From the NCBI GenBank assembly GCA_016748015.1, contig JAAOMT010000591.1, positions 137,532 through 201,531 of the forward strand: a stretch of DNA of 64,000 nt, read 5' to 3'. Positions 47,875 through 62,500 of this stretch are shown piece after piece. The position numbers and the translations under genes were made by a program. The number at the start of each line of letters is the position of its first letter. Position 1 is the first letter of the stretch. The stretch comes from Geosiphon pyriformis uo1 (Eukaryota > Fungi > Glomeromycota). The notes under the pieces were generated by a model that worked only from the letters and a program-made list of their open reading frames with translations, had not been told where the DNA came from and searched no databases.

Positions 47875-50800
47875 CCATTTAAGTTCTTGCTTCTTGAACA
47901 AATCAGGGAGTGTAATATATTGTTCTGGATTTGAATTGGAGTTTGAATTGTTGTCATTGTTATTGCTATTTTGAATGGAGCTGAAACTGTTATTTTTATT
48001 GTCAAAGTCTAAATTGAGATTGAACTGTAATTCCGATTCCATTTCACAGCTGTTGATTGGTTTTTTTTCCTCTGAAATCATGTAGATTATGTATGGTGGT
48101 AGATTGTAAATGAGATTACACTTATTACAATATTGAAAGTCACATGAAATCAAACAGTAGTCACATAATCAAGTATTTAGTTGTTCTAAACATTGCTCTT
48201 GCTTTTTTCTAGTGAGTGCTAGATTCTGGTAATATTTATAAAATTTTTTTAGACCTGCTTTAATATCCAAAAATGCTTCTAAGTTGGGAATAAAAATAAC
48301 TTCAACTGGTTTTGGTGGGTTGTTTTTTATTTCTAAGATTTTGCTGGGTAAAGCACCTTTGATTTTGGTGTTTGCTATTCTTTAGATCTCATTCTTGTCA
48401 TGTGAATAACTGTCCAAGTGAGAGATTGCTCAGTGCTATGCAGCATTTATGAGTGTCTTATGACTTACCTAGTTACTGATAAGGATCATGTATTGGTATG
48501 ATGCATTGCATATTCCTCCTTGATTAGAAATGTCATTTCATATTTCTTCATTAAGTAGCTGCTCTCCATAAGCAAAACATGGTTCATTGTCCTACTTGTT
48601 TTGTTGCTTTGGGTAGTCATACTGTTCTTTATAGCATAGTTTGTAGTAATAGTGAGTTTGCATCCAGTAGTCTTTGTTGGGCACAATCTAAGCTCTTATA
48701 GAAAAAAGTTTCTTGCCACAATCTTGGCATTTAAGTAAAATATATAGCAGTTGCTTCAATAGTTTATATAAGTAAGATCTTTCTCAGTTACTAGTTATTT
48801 TTTCTTTCTTTTAATGTGTCTTCTTTCTTTCTTTTTTTCTCTTCTCTTTGTTATCTTAAGAAAGTACTGATAGTAACTCATTGTGTTTGGTGTCAGCCCA
48901 AAAAACTTGATAGGCTTCTTAGGTAGGTTTTTTTTTTTTCAAGCTCAATTAGTGGTGCTGGGGTGTGAGTGGTCTTGAAGTGACTACACACAGCTAGTAC
49001 ATATGTGTATTGTCTGTTCTGACTGAGTTGGAGCTCCTATGTAATCTAATTAAGCACCACATTGGTTTTAAACAACCAGTCATTGCTCATTAGTGCTTAA
49101 TATTGAGTTGCTTCTATTACCAAGACTTTGATAAGAGCTATAATGTTATTGACTTCAAAAGGGAAGTTGTCAATTTTGCTTATAGGAGTTTTGGTTGCTC
49201 TATTGGCTGTAATAATTCTGGTGCTGGCAGCATGATTAACTCAGTGACTTAATTGGTCCATGAATTGTTATGTGATGATGCTGTCTGCTGATTCACTATT
49301 AAGGATCAGTTTAATAGACTGACCATTAACTTTGGCATCCATGTACATCATGGTAATGGGTTTCACATCAAAGGTGGCTCCACTAAAAAGAGGTACTTCA
49401 GTTGGTTCCTTGATCTTAAAGAGAAAAATTGCTGCTAACAATTTATTATTGATGACAGTTGCTGATAGAATATTGTTAGTAAGTGGTTTTGGGTTGATTT
49501 CCAAATTGTTGGGTAAGGCTTTTTCTGGAATAACCAGGAGACTTAAATAGTTCTGAGAACTCAGATTTTGGGCATACTTAGTTTCCGAGTTTCTTGGATG
49601 TGATTCTAATAGTTGTTGAGATGTGCTGAAAATTAATTGATAGACAATTATTGCCAATTTCCAGTTTTGCTGGATGGTTTTTGGCCTCTGATTTCCATTG
49701 GGCACAGTCATTTGTGGTGGTATTTGAATGGGTTGAGATTGATAAATTAGTTGTGGCTGTGGTGATTGATATATTATGGGTGTTGCTGGTTGATATATTG
49801 GAAGTACATATATTGGTTGTTGCATCATTTGGGTGTAATTAGGTTAGTACTGATCTTGATTTGAGTAATAACTTGGAGTTTGGAATCTGCAATTAGGATT
49901 TTGATATTGATTTTCTGATCATAAGTTATTGTTATAAACTCAACAGCTAGCTCTAATATGATTTTGTTTACCACAATTGTAGCAAATATGCATCTTTAAT
50001 TGCTACAATTGATTAGTCAATAATAATAAATGTGTCTGATTTTGGAAATGATTTGAGTTTTCTGAATTATTACATTATTGTGGAGATTGATAGATTGCCT
50101 GATTGTTAGCTAAGTATTCCTTTAATTTTTGATTAACTGAATTACTAAACTGCTTTAATTTGGAATTCAGATTAGATGATCTATTCATTACTAAATTTAT
50201 GGCTTGGGCATGGTTGGCTTCTAATTTAGCTGTTTTAAAATCTTGGACATAGGTAACAGCTGCTTGAAGATTTGCTGAGTGTAATAGCTGTATGCATTGA
50301 AAAATGCTATTGTATAGGCCTCTGATGAATTGATTTAAAATTTGTGGCACTGTGAAATAATCAGCTTGTATTGCCTAAATTTGGTGCAGATTCTTGTGAA
50401 AGCATTCTAGATAAATAGTGACTGCTTCAGTTTCTTCTTGCTTGATAGTGATAAAAGTATTGGCTAGACAATTAATACTATTATTGTAGCTAAAATATTA
50501 TAGGAACTCAAGCTTGAATGCATTGAAATCCTGAGGTTTGTTGGCCAAGCTTTGATACCATAAGTTGACAGTATTCTGAAAAAAGTATGAGATGGTTTGT
50601 ATGGCTCTGGCATTATTCTATCTATTGGCTGCGATGGCTTTTTTGACATCATTTAGCCATACCTGAGTGTCATCTTCTTTGCTGGTAAATTTTTTGATTT
50701 TTGTAATTGGAACATATGCCATTGGAATTATGAGTGGCAGCTGTTGCAGTTGTAGTGGTTGTTGAAGTGGCTGTTGTAGTTGTTGCTGAAGTGGTACTTG

Positions 50801-51707
50801 TGGCTGTTGAATTAGTTCAATTGGTAATAGATTAATAATAATTATTGAAAGTAAGTTTTGTTGATTATTAATGTTGTGGTTTGAATTGTTCTGATTTTGT
50901 AGAGTTTGAATATTTAGAGTTTCAATTTCCAGATTTTCCAAAATCAGGTTTTGGTAGTTAAATTCTCAATCTTTGTCTTTTTTTTTTCTTCTAATTTTAT
51001 TACTTCCCAAGAACTCATGTTCTTAAATCTGGTTGAAGTAGTAGTAATTGAAATTTTAATGGTATTGGCAATCATAATTTAAATCTTTCAAAATAATCAC
51101 CATAGGTCCCTAATAATTCTGCTTTCTTTTGTTTACTTTGAAATAGAAGTTGAACTAACAATAGTTTCACATTTAAGGTGAATGTGCCTGGTAATAAAAT
51201 GTTGATAATGCTTCCAAGTGTATAGTAATATAATGGGTTGATTGGGGATTCTACTTTTGTTTTCTTCCAAGTAAGTGATTGTATTCTTTGAAGTGTTACT
51301 ATTAATGTTTGTAGTTTTCCTTTGTTTTTGTTTGCATAGGTAATTGGATATCTTTGTTGAGTATGATGTTCAATTTTTCTATTGATTTCAGTAAGGATTG
51401 TTGTGAAATTATAATTTGCTGGTAGGCTGGTATTTTGAATTAATTTATTGTAAAAATTTCCTCTTGTGGAGTTGGTTTCTACTGGTACTCTTAACAAATA
51501 TGAGATTTTCTCATTGATGTAGAAATTAAAGGCTGATTCTGCTAATAGGTGATTGTTGGTTAATTCCAAGTGTTGACAGTAGTGTTGGAATAAAAATTTG
51601 GCAAATTCTAAATGATTTGTCCTTATTCTTTCTGATTCTGCTATTTTTGAATGATTGTGTGTTGGTGCTGGTTCTCTGTAGAATTATATCTCACAAGAAG
51701 CATCAAA

Positions 51708-52552
51708 TGTTACAAATGATTATTTGGGATCCTAAATCAAATAACAAATTTGTAACTTGATGCTCAAGTTATGGTATAGTGATATTGGTATCTGAAAGTT
51801 TTGATTGTCTAAAAGTTTTAGTTAAGTCTTTTGTATAATAGACAAAAATTCAATGGTTGTTTTTAATAGCCTCTTGGAATCACAATTCCATCAATTTTTT
51901 TCTCAGCTTGGTGGCTGGCAATCTTCTAGTAAGCAATTTGTATTTCTTACATGTTTTACCCACTTACAGAGGTCTTTTATCAAGCAATCTTTAACATCAA
52001 TAACTTAATGCTTTATTTTTTAATCAATTAGTCAACAATAAAAAATAACAAAAATAAAAGAAAAAAATAAAAGAAAAGAAAGAAGTAGCTAAGACAATGA
52101 ATGTTAGTATTCTATTAATAGCTGTAATTAAGAACTATTGTTCCAATATAGTTAAATATCAGTTACTATTAATATAAAGTATTGATAGTGAAGAGTAGAT
52201 TGAGATAACAAATAATTATTTATTGATATTTGTGAATTAAAATATTGCTTAGATAAAATCTAAACAGAAAAGTCTGTTTTTTTACTTCTAATGCTACTGC
52301 TATATATACATAATTGAAATTTCTTAATTTCTCAATTCTTTATCTCAGGTAACCTAGAATTTCTGAAATCCTGTAATTTCTTTAAAAAGAATTCTGGAAT
52401 TTTGAAATCTTGCAATTCTTCTTATGAAAATTTTAAAATTTCTGAAATCTTGCAATTTCTTTGAAAGGAATTCTGAAATTCCACATTTACTATGACTACT
52501 TCTGGTTGGCTAATTTATATGCTAATATACTTCCTATATTCTATAAGTAACA
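51708..52552 (-). repeat. 5' LTR of E4 (B2)
   Basis: TGTTAC...GTAACA termini, an adjacent decayed PBS complement AGCATCAAA, and right flank GCAT. Confidence 0.93.
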
Positions 52553-55500
52553 GCATATTTTACAGTAACAGATGTGAGTTTCATATTCCTCTTCTAAAAA
52601 AATACATGCTCTTATTAATGAAAGTTTTTTCTTGCAATCTCTGTATTTGAGTGTGATATAGGGTGGTTGTTTTCTTAGTTCTGGCATAGAATATTAAACA
52701 ACATTCAATTTTTTGGTTTCTTTAAAGATTTTTTGTTCTGTTTCTTTAATCCAATTGGATGGTAATCTAAAAGCCATAAAGGTTTTGGTAATTGATAGTT
52801 TTTTCTTCTCTTCAAACTCAAATACCAGGGCTTTTTCAGATTTTTTATTAAAAGTACCACAGATGGCAGGTACTCTAGTGTATTGTCTTTAGTATGAAAT
52901 CTTTAATTCCTGGATTTTCTAATTTAAATTTGCATTGGTCTTGAGAAGCCAATTATTTTTGATGAAAGCTTGATATTGGAGTGCATCTATGACTAAAACT
53001 TTGACTGGAATGGTAATTCCATCAATAGTAAATAGAAATTTGTCAATTTCTCCTACTGGTGTCTTTTTTATCTTATCTGCAATAACAATGACAGTTTGAA
53101 CTAGTCTGTCAATATTTTTTCCAAGCTGTTGCATTAGTTAGTAGGTAATAATACTTCCAGCGGATCTACTGTTTAGAATTAAGCAAATTTGTTTTTTTTT
53201 TACTTCAGTTTCAGTATACATAGCAGTAATTGCTTTTTGCTTATTAACTGCTATATTACTAAGCAAGAATGGTAATTTATTGGCTTTAAATTCAAATGGA
53301 AATATATCTAAGAGGTTGGCATTTTGAGCAATTTAAACTGATAGAATAGTATTGTTGGAAGAGTTTGATTTTAATGTAGCAGCTTTACCTTCAAAAAATG
53401 CAGTTTGTTGAAAATTCAATTCTTCTGGCATTGTAAGATAACTGGGTTGAGTGTAATAGTGATTGGGTTTTTGCTGACCAGGATTTTGGAGAACCAATTG
53501 GTTGTTTGGATTGATTCTGTTGTTATTATTCTGGAATTGATTTTGGGGTGTGAATTGGTTTTGTTGAACCAATTTTTGGGCTGATATTTGATATTGTTAT
53601 GTAGGTGGTTGTAAATACTGTTGAATTGGTAAAGTTTGTTAATATTGCTGTTGTGAGGCAGGCTGATAGTAATTGTTTTGCTATTGAGATCTTGTAGAAT
53701 AGTAGGCTGGTAGTAAAGACTGATAATAAAATTGCTGTATTAAAGAATAATGTTGATTACTTCTGTTTTGTTGGTTTCTTTGTAGCTTTTTGCAATTTCA
53801 TTTCCAATGTTCTGGAATCCCACAATAATGACAGCTTTGGTTTTAACTGTTTGATAATGATGAGTAGTTGTTTTGGTTTTGTCATTGTGGTGGCTGATAT
53901 TTTTGTGATTGTTGCTATTATTGTTGGTTGGTGAAATAGTTCTCAACCTTCTTTGTGAGTTGGTTAATTTTTTTTTCAACTGTTGAGCTGGTTTCTCCAA
54001 TAGCAAGATTCACAAGTTTAGTATAGTTTGCTTCTTGTATTGCTATTTCATAGTTCTTTGCATATCTAATGACTGTTGCTAAGTCTTCTAGGATATGTAA
54101 ATGAATTTTTTTGATCAATTTGTCTTTTAATCCTGCTATAAACTAATCTAAAATCTGGGCATTGGAATAGTATTTATTGGTTTCTAATTGTCAAATTCAT
54201 CAAAGAAGTTTGTTGAATCTTCTAAAATAGATTATGACAGTTTTAAATGTTTCTTGTTTGATATTGTGAAAGCAATTGCAGAAAGTAATAGAAGTGTTGT
54301 TGTTAGTAAATTGTTGTAAAAAAACATTTTTGAATGCTTGCCAGTTTTTAAATGGTTTTTTTAAGTTTTCAAACTATTTTTCTGTAGTTCCTTAAAGAAA
54401 GTATAGGATTGTTTTGAGCATTCTTGTTGCATTCTATTTATTTGCATTTCCTGCTTTTTGAACTTTGTCCAACTATTCTTGAAGGCTGGTATTATTATCT
54501 TTATCAGTAAATTTTGAGATTTTTGCAATATAAGCAGTTGCTATTTTTTTTATTTTCTGTAGTTTCTTCTTGTTCTGATTCAGTTTCTTCACTTTCTAAG
54601 TTTTCTGAATAATTATTTTCGTTTTTTTGTAAGTAATCAATAATATTGGTGCTGATTAATATTGGTTTCTGCTAGTAAGTAGGACTTTTAGGTAACTAAA
54701 AATCTTCTGGTCTTGAGAAATGAATAAATGGTGAATTTGGTATTTGTAATTGAACAAGTAAAATTGAAAATAGTATAATAAAAAGTGGTAATTTGATACT
54801 GGTTTTTTTTCAGGTGTTTGCAAGTGTTTGGCAGTTGTCTTTGGTAGTATTAGAGTGTTTGGAGTGGTTCTTGAGTATTGTTTCACTTTTTGTTTGCTTT
54901 TGTTGCTTGTTTTTGTTTCTGTTTTAAAGTCAAGAAAGTATTTGGATTGTACTAGATATTTTTTTTTACAATACTGAATAATGCTAAAGTTAAGTTCTTG
55001 GAAGTAGGTGCCAAGTGTTTTACTATTAAGATTTTTAATTCTCAATTGTAAATAGCACAATAAATTATTGTAGAAATTGTTTCTAATTTCTGAAATATTG
55101 TAATTTCCAAAAAAATAATTGTTGATGCAGTTTTCAATATATTAGTATAGTGATTTTTTAATAATTTTAATTTCGTCTGAAATGTTAAATTTTTGCTTGC
55201 AGTGAGTGTAAATTGATTAATAATACTCTAGAGTTGTTGTGTCTAGTGTGATTACTACTTTGAATTTGTTATAGCTGTGTTATTTTCATGGGAAAGCACC
55301 AAATATTACTGGAAGTTTTTGGTCTCTTTTCTTAAATGTTGTTACTGTTTGTCTGTTGCTAATTACACGTTTTTTGGAAGCAATTGAATCTCCAATAACT
55401 GAATTTATCTTCAAATTATCTTCTATAATTTGAATTGTTGGGCTTATAAGTAGAATAACCAATTTCTTGCCAGTTACTTTATGTAGTTATGTTGTAGTAA

Positions 55501-56273
55501 ATATCAACTTTTTTTCAGGAATTGCTTGTCTAGAAGCTAACTAAAATTGTGTAGTTACTTTGCTATAAAAGTCAACTTTTCTACAAAAATTTTGTTTGTA
55601 GGCTACCTTAATAATTATGATAAGAAAAGTAAAAAAAATAAAAAGAAATGTAAAAAAAATAGAATTGTGTTAAGGGAAACGTTTTTTATTCAAGCCTGGA
55701 GTCACTAACAGATTACTGAAATTGGTAGTTAATCAATTTCAAAATGTCAGTTGTGTTGAGAAAATTTCAAGTATAACAATTCAAAGGATTTGGTTTTTAA
55801 TTATTTAATTTTTATTTGAGATATGTAAAAAGTAATTTGTTCTAATTAAAATATCTAAAGTAAAATACTATGATAAAATACTATGAAAAAATACACTTTT
55901 TTAAAGAGAGAAGCTCTTTTTTTATACAACTTGTTGTAATAGTCTTTGAACTTGCATTTTTTTTTTTGCTACAATTTTGGTAAACTAAAGATACATTTTG
56001 GCAAACTACAAGTTATTATACTGAACTATTGATTATTTCGGCCAATTTTCATTAATTTCGGCGAATTTTGACGATATTAAATGGTTTAGAGTATTGTGTA
56101 ATTTAATTATCTTAATTTCTATGATACAAATCAAATTATTGATTGAATAATTATATTTGATAGTTTGATTAAATAATAAGTAATAATTAAAATAATAATA
56201 ATATATGCTAATTAATAATAGGAATTATGAGAGTAATTTTATGCTAATTAATAGCTAAATTCTACTGGTAACA
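52553..56273 (-). mobile_element. E7: 5' part of a family A element (LTR, PBS, gag, PR), cut by E4
   Basis: PBS complement GGGAAAGCACCAAA at 55290-55303, capsid, a CHYCGIP.HW...C knuckle near 53810, and PR LIL(N)SRS near 53170. Confidence 0.88.
55304..56273 (-). repeat. 5' LTR of E7 (family A)
   Basis: Reverse-complement homolog of 1825-2785. Confidence 0.92.
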
Positions 56274-56352
56274 ATAACCAGTAGTATTTTTTACTAGTTC
56301 TTTTTATGATTACTTTTTTATGAAAATGTTTTACTATTAAATCCGAATATAT

Positions 56353-56582
56353 TGTTACAAGTAATTATTTCAGATAGTTGAAATAAATAACAAACCCATA
56401 ATTTGGTGCTTAATTGATATGAGATGGTAGTGATCTGAAGGTTTTGATTGAGTTTTTTGTATAATAGACAGAGATTCCTGTATTATTTTATCTGTAGCTT
56501 TTTAGAATTACAATTCCATCAATTTCTTTCTCAGCTTGGTGGCCGGCAATTCTCTGATAAGCAATTTGTAATTCTTATGCAT
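56353..56582 (-). repeat. U5 end of a family B LTR, interrupted by E8
   Basis: TGTTACAAGTAATTATTT...TTGGTGCTT... matches family B U5. Confidence 0.85.
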
Positions 56583-59500
56583 TGTTACTCATAGAATATA
56601 GGAAGTATATTAGCATATAAATTAGCCAATCAAAAGTAGATATAGTAAATATGGGATTCTAGGATTCTTCTCAAAGAAATTACAGGATTTCAGAATCCCA
56701 GAATTTTTTTCAAAGGAATTGCAAGATTCCAAAAATTTCAAGATTCTTGGTGTGAAAAATTAAGGAATTGAGGAATCTCAGTTAGGTATATATAACAATA
56801 GCATTAAAAGTGGAATCAGTACAAAAGACTTTTCAGTTTATATTTAATCTAAGCAATCTTTTATATTACAAATATCAAATAAATAATTATTCATTATCTC
56901 AAATTCACTCTTCACTATCAACTCTTTATGTTGATAGTAATTGATACTTAATCATAATGGAACAATAGCTCTTGATTATGGCTATTAACAGGATACTAAC
57001 ATTTATTGTCTTGGTTTATTTTTTTATTTTTTTTATTTTTTTTTGTTATTTCTTTTGTTTTACTAATTAATTAAAGATTAAATACTGAATTACTAATGTC
57101 AAGAATAGCCTGATAAAAGACCCCAAAGGAAAGGTATAGAATTGAAAATTTAAGGATAGCTTACCAGAAAGACATCTTTGCCAGATTACTGGCCACCATG
57201 CTAAGAAAGAAATTTGACAGAATTGTGATTCTAGGAAGCTACTGAAACACTATTGAATCTCTGTCTATTATACAAAGAACTCAACCAAAACCTTCAGACA
57301 ACCAAAACCTTCAAACAAACAAAACTTTTAGAAACCAATATTATTATCATCAAATTAATTAAGCACCAAGTTACAGATTTGGGATTTGCAAAATTTTTAT
57401 TCTAATATTATCACACCTATCTTAGATTAACAAATAATAGTTGGTCAACAGAATCAGCTTTTAACTGCTATGTCAATGAGAGAATAGTATATCATTTGAG
57501 AGGCCAAGAAGATCCAAAATCTGTCTTCAACAATTTTTTAGTAAACTACTCCAAAGCACCATCTTTTTACAAAACTACTTATTTGCATTTCTAATCACAG
57601 AAATAAACAGGGAAATTGAAAAATACACCAAGCAGAGATTTCTTATCACTTTTGTTGACAAAGAAAAAAGAAGGTTAAAAACCTCAGCAGGAATACCAAA
57701 GTAAATTCAACTACCCACTTAGAAAAAACAAAGATTTAATTTATCTGCAAATCCATTATATCATTATACACCTGAAAGTACTATTAATATAACAAGCATG
57801 GCTACCACAAGCATGACAACATTACTAAACAAAATCTCATTCCAAAGCAAACAAAAGAAAGCCAAGTTATTAAAAACATACAGCAATTATTTTGAAGAAT
57901 TTAAGTTGCAATTCCCAATGCCATCAGGAATTTGATCACCACTACCACAATCGGATTTTGGAACCACCAGCTCTTAGAAAATAATTGATTCTGAGGAAGA
58001 GAAAGGCAGTAATCAAAAAATTAATAAACAAAATCCAATCACAGAAAATCTGGAAAATCAAACTCCAAATATTCAAACTTAAGAAAATCAGAACAATTAC
58101 AATTTCAATATAATTAATTAACAACACTTACCTTCAATAAACATAATTAATCAGCCACCAATTGAACCAACTGTCAAACTGATTCAACAGCCACAAATAC
58201 TACCTTAACAACAACTACTATAACAACTATACCAATAATATATGCATCAATTGCCAAGCTAAAAAAATTTACTGGCAAAGAAAATAATGTCCAAGTCTGG
58301 CTTAACAACATAGCTAAAGCAATAAACACCAACAACTAAGATGATGCTAGAACAATGCAAACCATCTCATATTTTTTATAAAACACTACCAATTCTTGGT
58401 ACCAAAATCTTGTAAACAAATTCCAAAATTTTGACATATTTAAAGTCACATTTCTACAATATTTCAGCAATTATAACAGTATTAATTACTTAGCAACTAA
58501 TTTTACTACCATCAAACAAGAAGATACTGAAGCAGTCACAACTTATTTAAGATGTTTCCACCAAAATCTGCATTAAATTCAGGTCATTGACACAAATTAT
58601 TTTACAGTACTCCAAATCTTAAATCAGTTTATTCATGGATTATACAGCAGCCTACTACAATATAAATGTCCATTATATCCAGCTACTCTACAGAACACCA
58701 TTAACCATGCCAGAAATTTAGAATCAGTGGAATTAGAAGCCAACTACACCCAAGCTGTAAATCTAATAATAAACAGATCATTTGACTTGAATTTCAAGCT
58801 AAAGCAATTCAGTAACTCAATTAATCAGAAATTAGAAGGATACTTAGCTAACAACAATCAAACAATTTATCAATTTCCACAATGATGCAATAATCAAGAA
58901 AACTCCAATTGCTTCCAAAATTAACTGTGTTCATCATCATCAACTAATCAACAATGACAACAGAAAACATGTGTTTGCCACTATTGTGGTAAACAAAAAC
59001 ATTTGCAATTTGAATGTTACAAAAAAATAAGTGACCAACAATTAGGTAATCAGTATTAAAATTCCAATCACTGACTCCAAATTCACAAAAACATTATCAA
59101 CATCAATTACATTATGTGACTTAACCAATGTATCAAGCTCCAATGACACAGCCATTATACTTACCTCCAATATATTAACCAGCAATGTCTGTAATATATC
59201 AACCATCACAGTCACAACTAGTTTATCAATCTCAACAAATCCAAACACTGCTACAAAATCTAACTCTGATGCCATATGGTAACTAAAGACCAAAATTCAT
59301 TCAACAAAACTGGAAATCAGTAATGATTGTTTATCAACTAATTTCCAGTTCATTTACTTAACAATCAGTATTATGCCAGTGGAGTTTAGGAACTAGATAC
59401 ATCCAAAACCCAAGTTTTCAGAACTATTTAAGTCTCTTGGTTACTCCAGAAGACACCTCATCTAATAACATAAAAACCAACCAAACACAACCACTCACCA

Positions 59501-62500
59501 GCAACATACTTCTAGCCACCATTACCAATAATAAATTACTAGCAGCAATCTTCCTATTCAAACTTAAGAAACAGTCATCTATGCACTTGTTTAGTGGAGC
59601 TGCACTTGAAAAAAAACTGATTATTGTCATGTACACTGATGCTAAAGTGGATGACCATTCCATCAAACTCATATTAGATAGCAGGTCAGTAGCCAGCATT
59701 ATCATACAACAACTTATGGACCAATTAGGTTACCAAGTTGATTGTACTGCCAGTGCCAAAATCATAATAGCCAATGAAGTGACTAAAATTCCAATTGATA
59801 AGATTGATGATCTTTCCATAAAAGTCAACAGCATCATCATACCAATTAAGATATTAGTCATGAAAGCCATGCAGTACTAAGCACTCATTGGCAATAATTG
59901 GTTGTTCAAAACCAATATGACATTTGATTAGAACACACAGGAGCTCTAACTTAGCCAGAATAGTCAATACACATGTGTACCAGCCACATATGACCATTTT
60001 AAGCCTATTACTACGCCATCAACACCTTTTATTGAGTTTGACAACAAAAAAAAACCTACCTGGGAAGCTTACCAAGTTTTCTGGACCGATGAAAACCACA
60101 ATGAGTTACCACCAATTTCAACTTGGAACAACAATGAAAAGGAAAAACAAAAAGAAGAACTTACCTAAAACACTGACCAAACATTGTGGAATGACAGTGA
60201 CTATAATGAACTGCCACCAAATTGGGAGTGGAAAAAAATTAACAATAAAGGAAAAGAAAAAGAAAAAGAAACACTCATAGATGCTGTCTGGAGATAAGCA
60301 GTCAGATATTTAGACAGCTGTTCATATGATGATGACAAAATCTGGTAAATAGCACTTGCCAAAATTGAAGGAGCATCACCACAAGAAATAAAAACAATCA
60401 AAAACAATCCACCAGAATCCATAGAACTTAACTGGAGCCAAATTCAGATATTATCTTAGAGCTTATAGACCCTAAACAATTTTATGAGCACTACCAAGAA
60501 TTAGCACTTACTCAAGAAAAACAAAAGCAACAGTTGGAAAAAATAAACACATGACTATGTGACCATTGTTTGATTTCCTGTGACTTCTAATATTGTAATG
60601 AGTGTAATTTTATTTACAATCTACTACCATGCATAATTTACACAATCCTAGAGAAAGAAAAACCAATCAACAGCTGCACATTAGAATTGGAATCAACTTT
60701 CAATCCCAATTCAAACTCCAACAATGATGACAATAAAAACAATGGTTTCAGCTTTATATAAATTGGCAATAACAACAACAATAATTCAGACTCAGATTTA
60801 AACTCCAAACAATACATTGCACTCCCTGATTTTACCAAAGAGCAGGAACTGAAATGGTTCAGCAATAATGATGAAGGTATTATGCCAGAATATGCACATA
60901 ATACCAATGCAGGGTTTGATCTAAAATATTTGGAAAAAGATGCCATCAAATTGGAACCACATTTATGCACTTGCATTGATTTCAAAATAGCACTAAAAAT
61001 CCCAACAACAACAATGGTTCAATTAGCATCTAGAAGTAGTTTAGCAAAAAAAGGGATCAACATTAAAGGAAGAATAATTGATGCAGGATATGTAGGAAAT
61101 ATCATTGCAATGTTGCAAAATAACTCAAAAAAAGCCTATATTATAAAGCCAAATGAAAAGCTAGCCCAAGCAATATTTCTGCCTTTAGTGAAAATAACTT
61201 AATTAGTATCAATGGAAAACAGAAAAGAATTAGAAATTACAACTAGAGGGATACAGGGTTTTGGATCCATAAGTAGAATAGATGTATTAATTAATATGGC
61301 AAAAGAAAAAATTTTTAACAAGGGAAAAATTATCTCCACCTATCAATCAATTTTTATTCCACCATATAACCAGTATATGTTAGCCATAGAGAAGAAAGTG
61401 AAGGATCAGGTTCAGATTTTTGAGGCAAATTGGATTAGTCAATTTACATATACCAGCCAAGAATTACAGTTACATTAAAATTTCCATTTACAACAACATG
61501 GGAAATATTATTAAAATACCAGAAAGAACCACCATTGGATATTTAACCACTGAAATTGAAAACCAATTGCCAAATACCATTCCAGATTTTCCACAACTGT
61601 GTAAATATGTGGATATCATATTATAAACAATTTACAAATAAGAAAAATATTATTTGCTCCAACCAAAACAATTGAAACAAATGAACTTGAGAAATCTAGA
61701 CTCAATACAATATATGCAGCTTAAGATATTACTCAACAATTTCAATAACATTTTTGCCAGTAAAAACAAATTCAGAAGAACTGACATAATCCAGTACCAG
61801 ATCAAGACTGGAAATGCAATGTCAATCAAACAAAGAACATACTAAGTACCACCAGCCAGCCATGAAATCATTTGTCAAGAAATCAATCAGATGCTTGACA
61901 ACAGACTAATTCAGTCATCAATGAGTCCATGGTTATTATTAGTGATATTAATCCAGAAAAAAAATGAGAAAATCTGCTTTTGTGTGGATTACTGGAAACT
62001 AAATGGAGTAACCAAGGAAGATAGCTACCCAACTCCAAAAATCTAAAAACTTTTCAACACTTTTGGAAGGAAGAAATAGTTTTCAACTCTAGACTTAGAC
62101 AGTGGTTACTGACAAGTGGCCATGAAACCAGAAAACAAAGAGAAAATGGCTTTTATAACTTGAAAAAGAAATTTTGAATTTGAAGTTATGCCATTTGGTT
62201 TGATGAATGCTTCTGTCATCTTTTAATGGCTTATGGAAATCATTTATACTAGACTGCTATGGAATCAGTAGTTGTATATCTGGATAATACCAATGTGTTC
62301 TCTAAGACATTCAATGATCATTTATATCATTTCCAGCAAGTATTTAAAAGACTAAAAAGAGCTGAATTAAAATTGAATGCAACTAAATGTTTCTTTAGAA
62401 AAACCAAACTCAAGTTTTTGGAACATGTTGTGAGCAAAGACAGTATTAAAATGAATTCAGACAAGATTGAGGTAGTTAAGAACTTTTCAGTACCAACCAA

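Larger units (their letters stand above)
25567..52552 (-). mobile_element. E4: family B element from 5' LTR to the end of RNase H; hosts E5/E6; its 3' part is missing
   Basis: RNase H/RT/dUTPase at 25567-27769 resume at 47879 after the CCAT TSD. PR ~49000-49350, gag to ~51644, PBS ~51690-51707. Confidence 0.9.

Noticed and set aside
5511-52552. LTRs 5511-6336 and 51708-52552 as the two ends of one intact element
   Set aside because: Same subfamily, but the flanks (TTGA vs GCAT) and host sequences (family C LTR vs family A pol) differ.
56274-56352. 79-bp unassigned segment between E7 and the LTR fragment
   Set aside because: Too short and AT-rich to classify.
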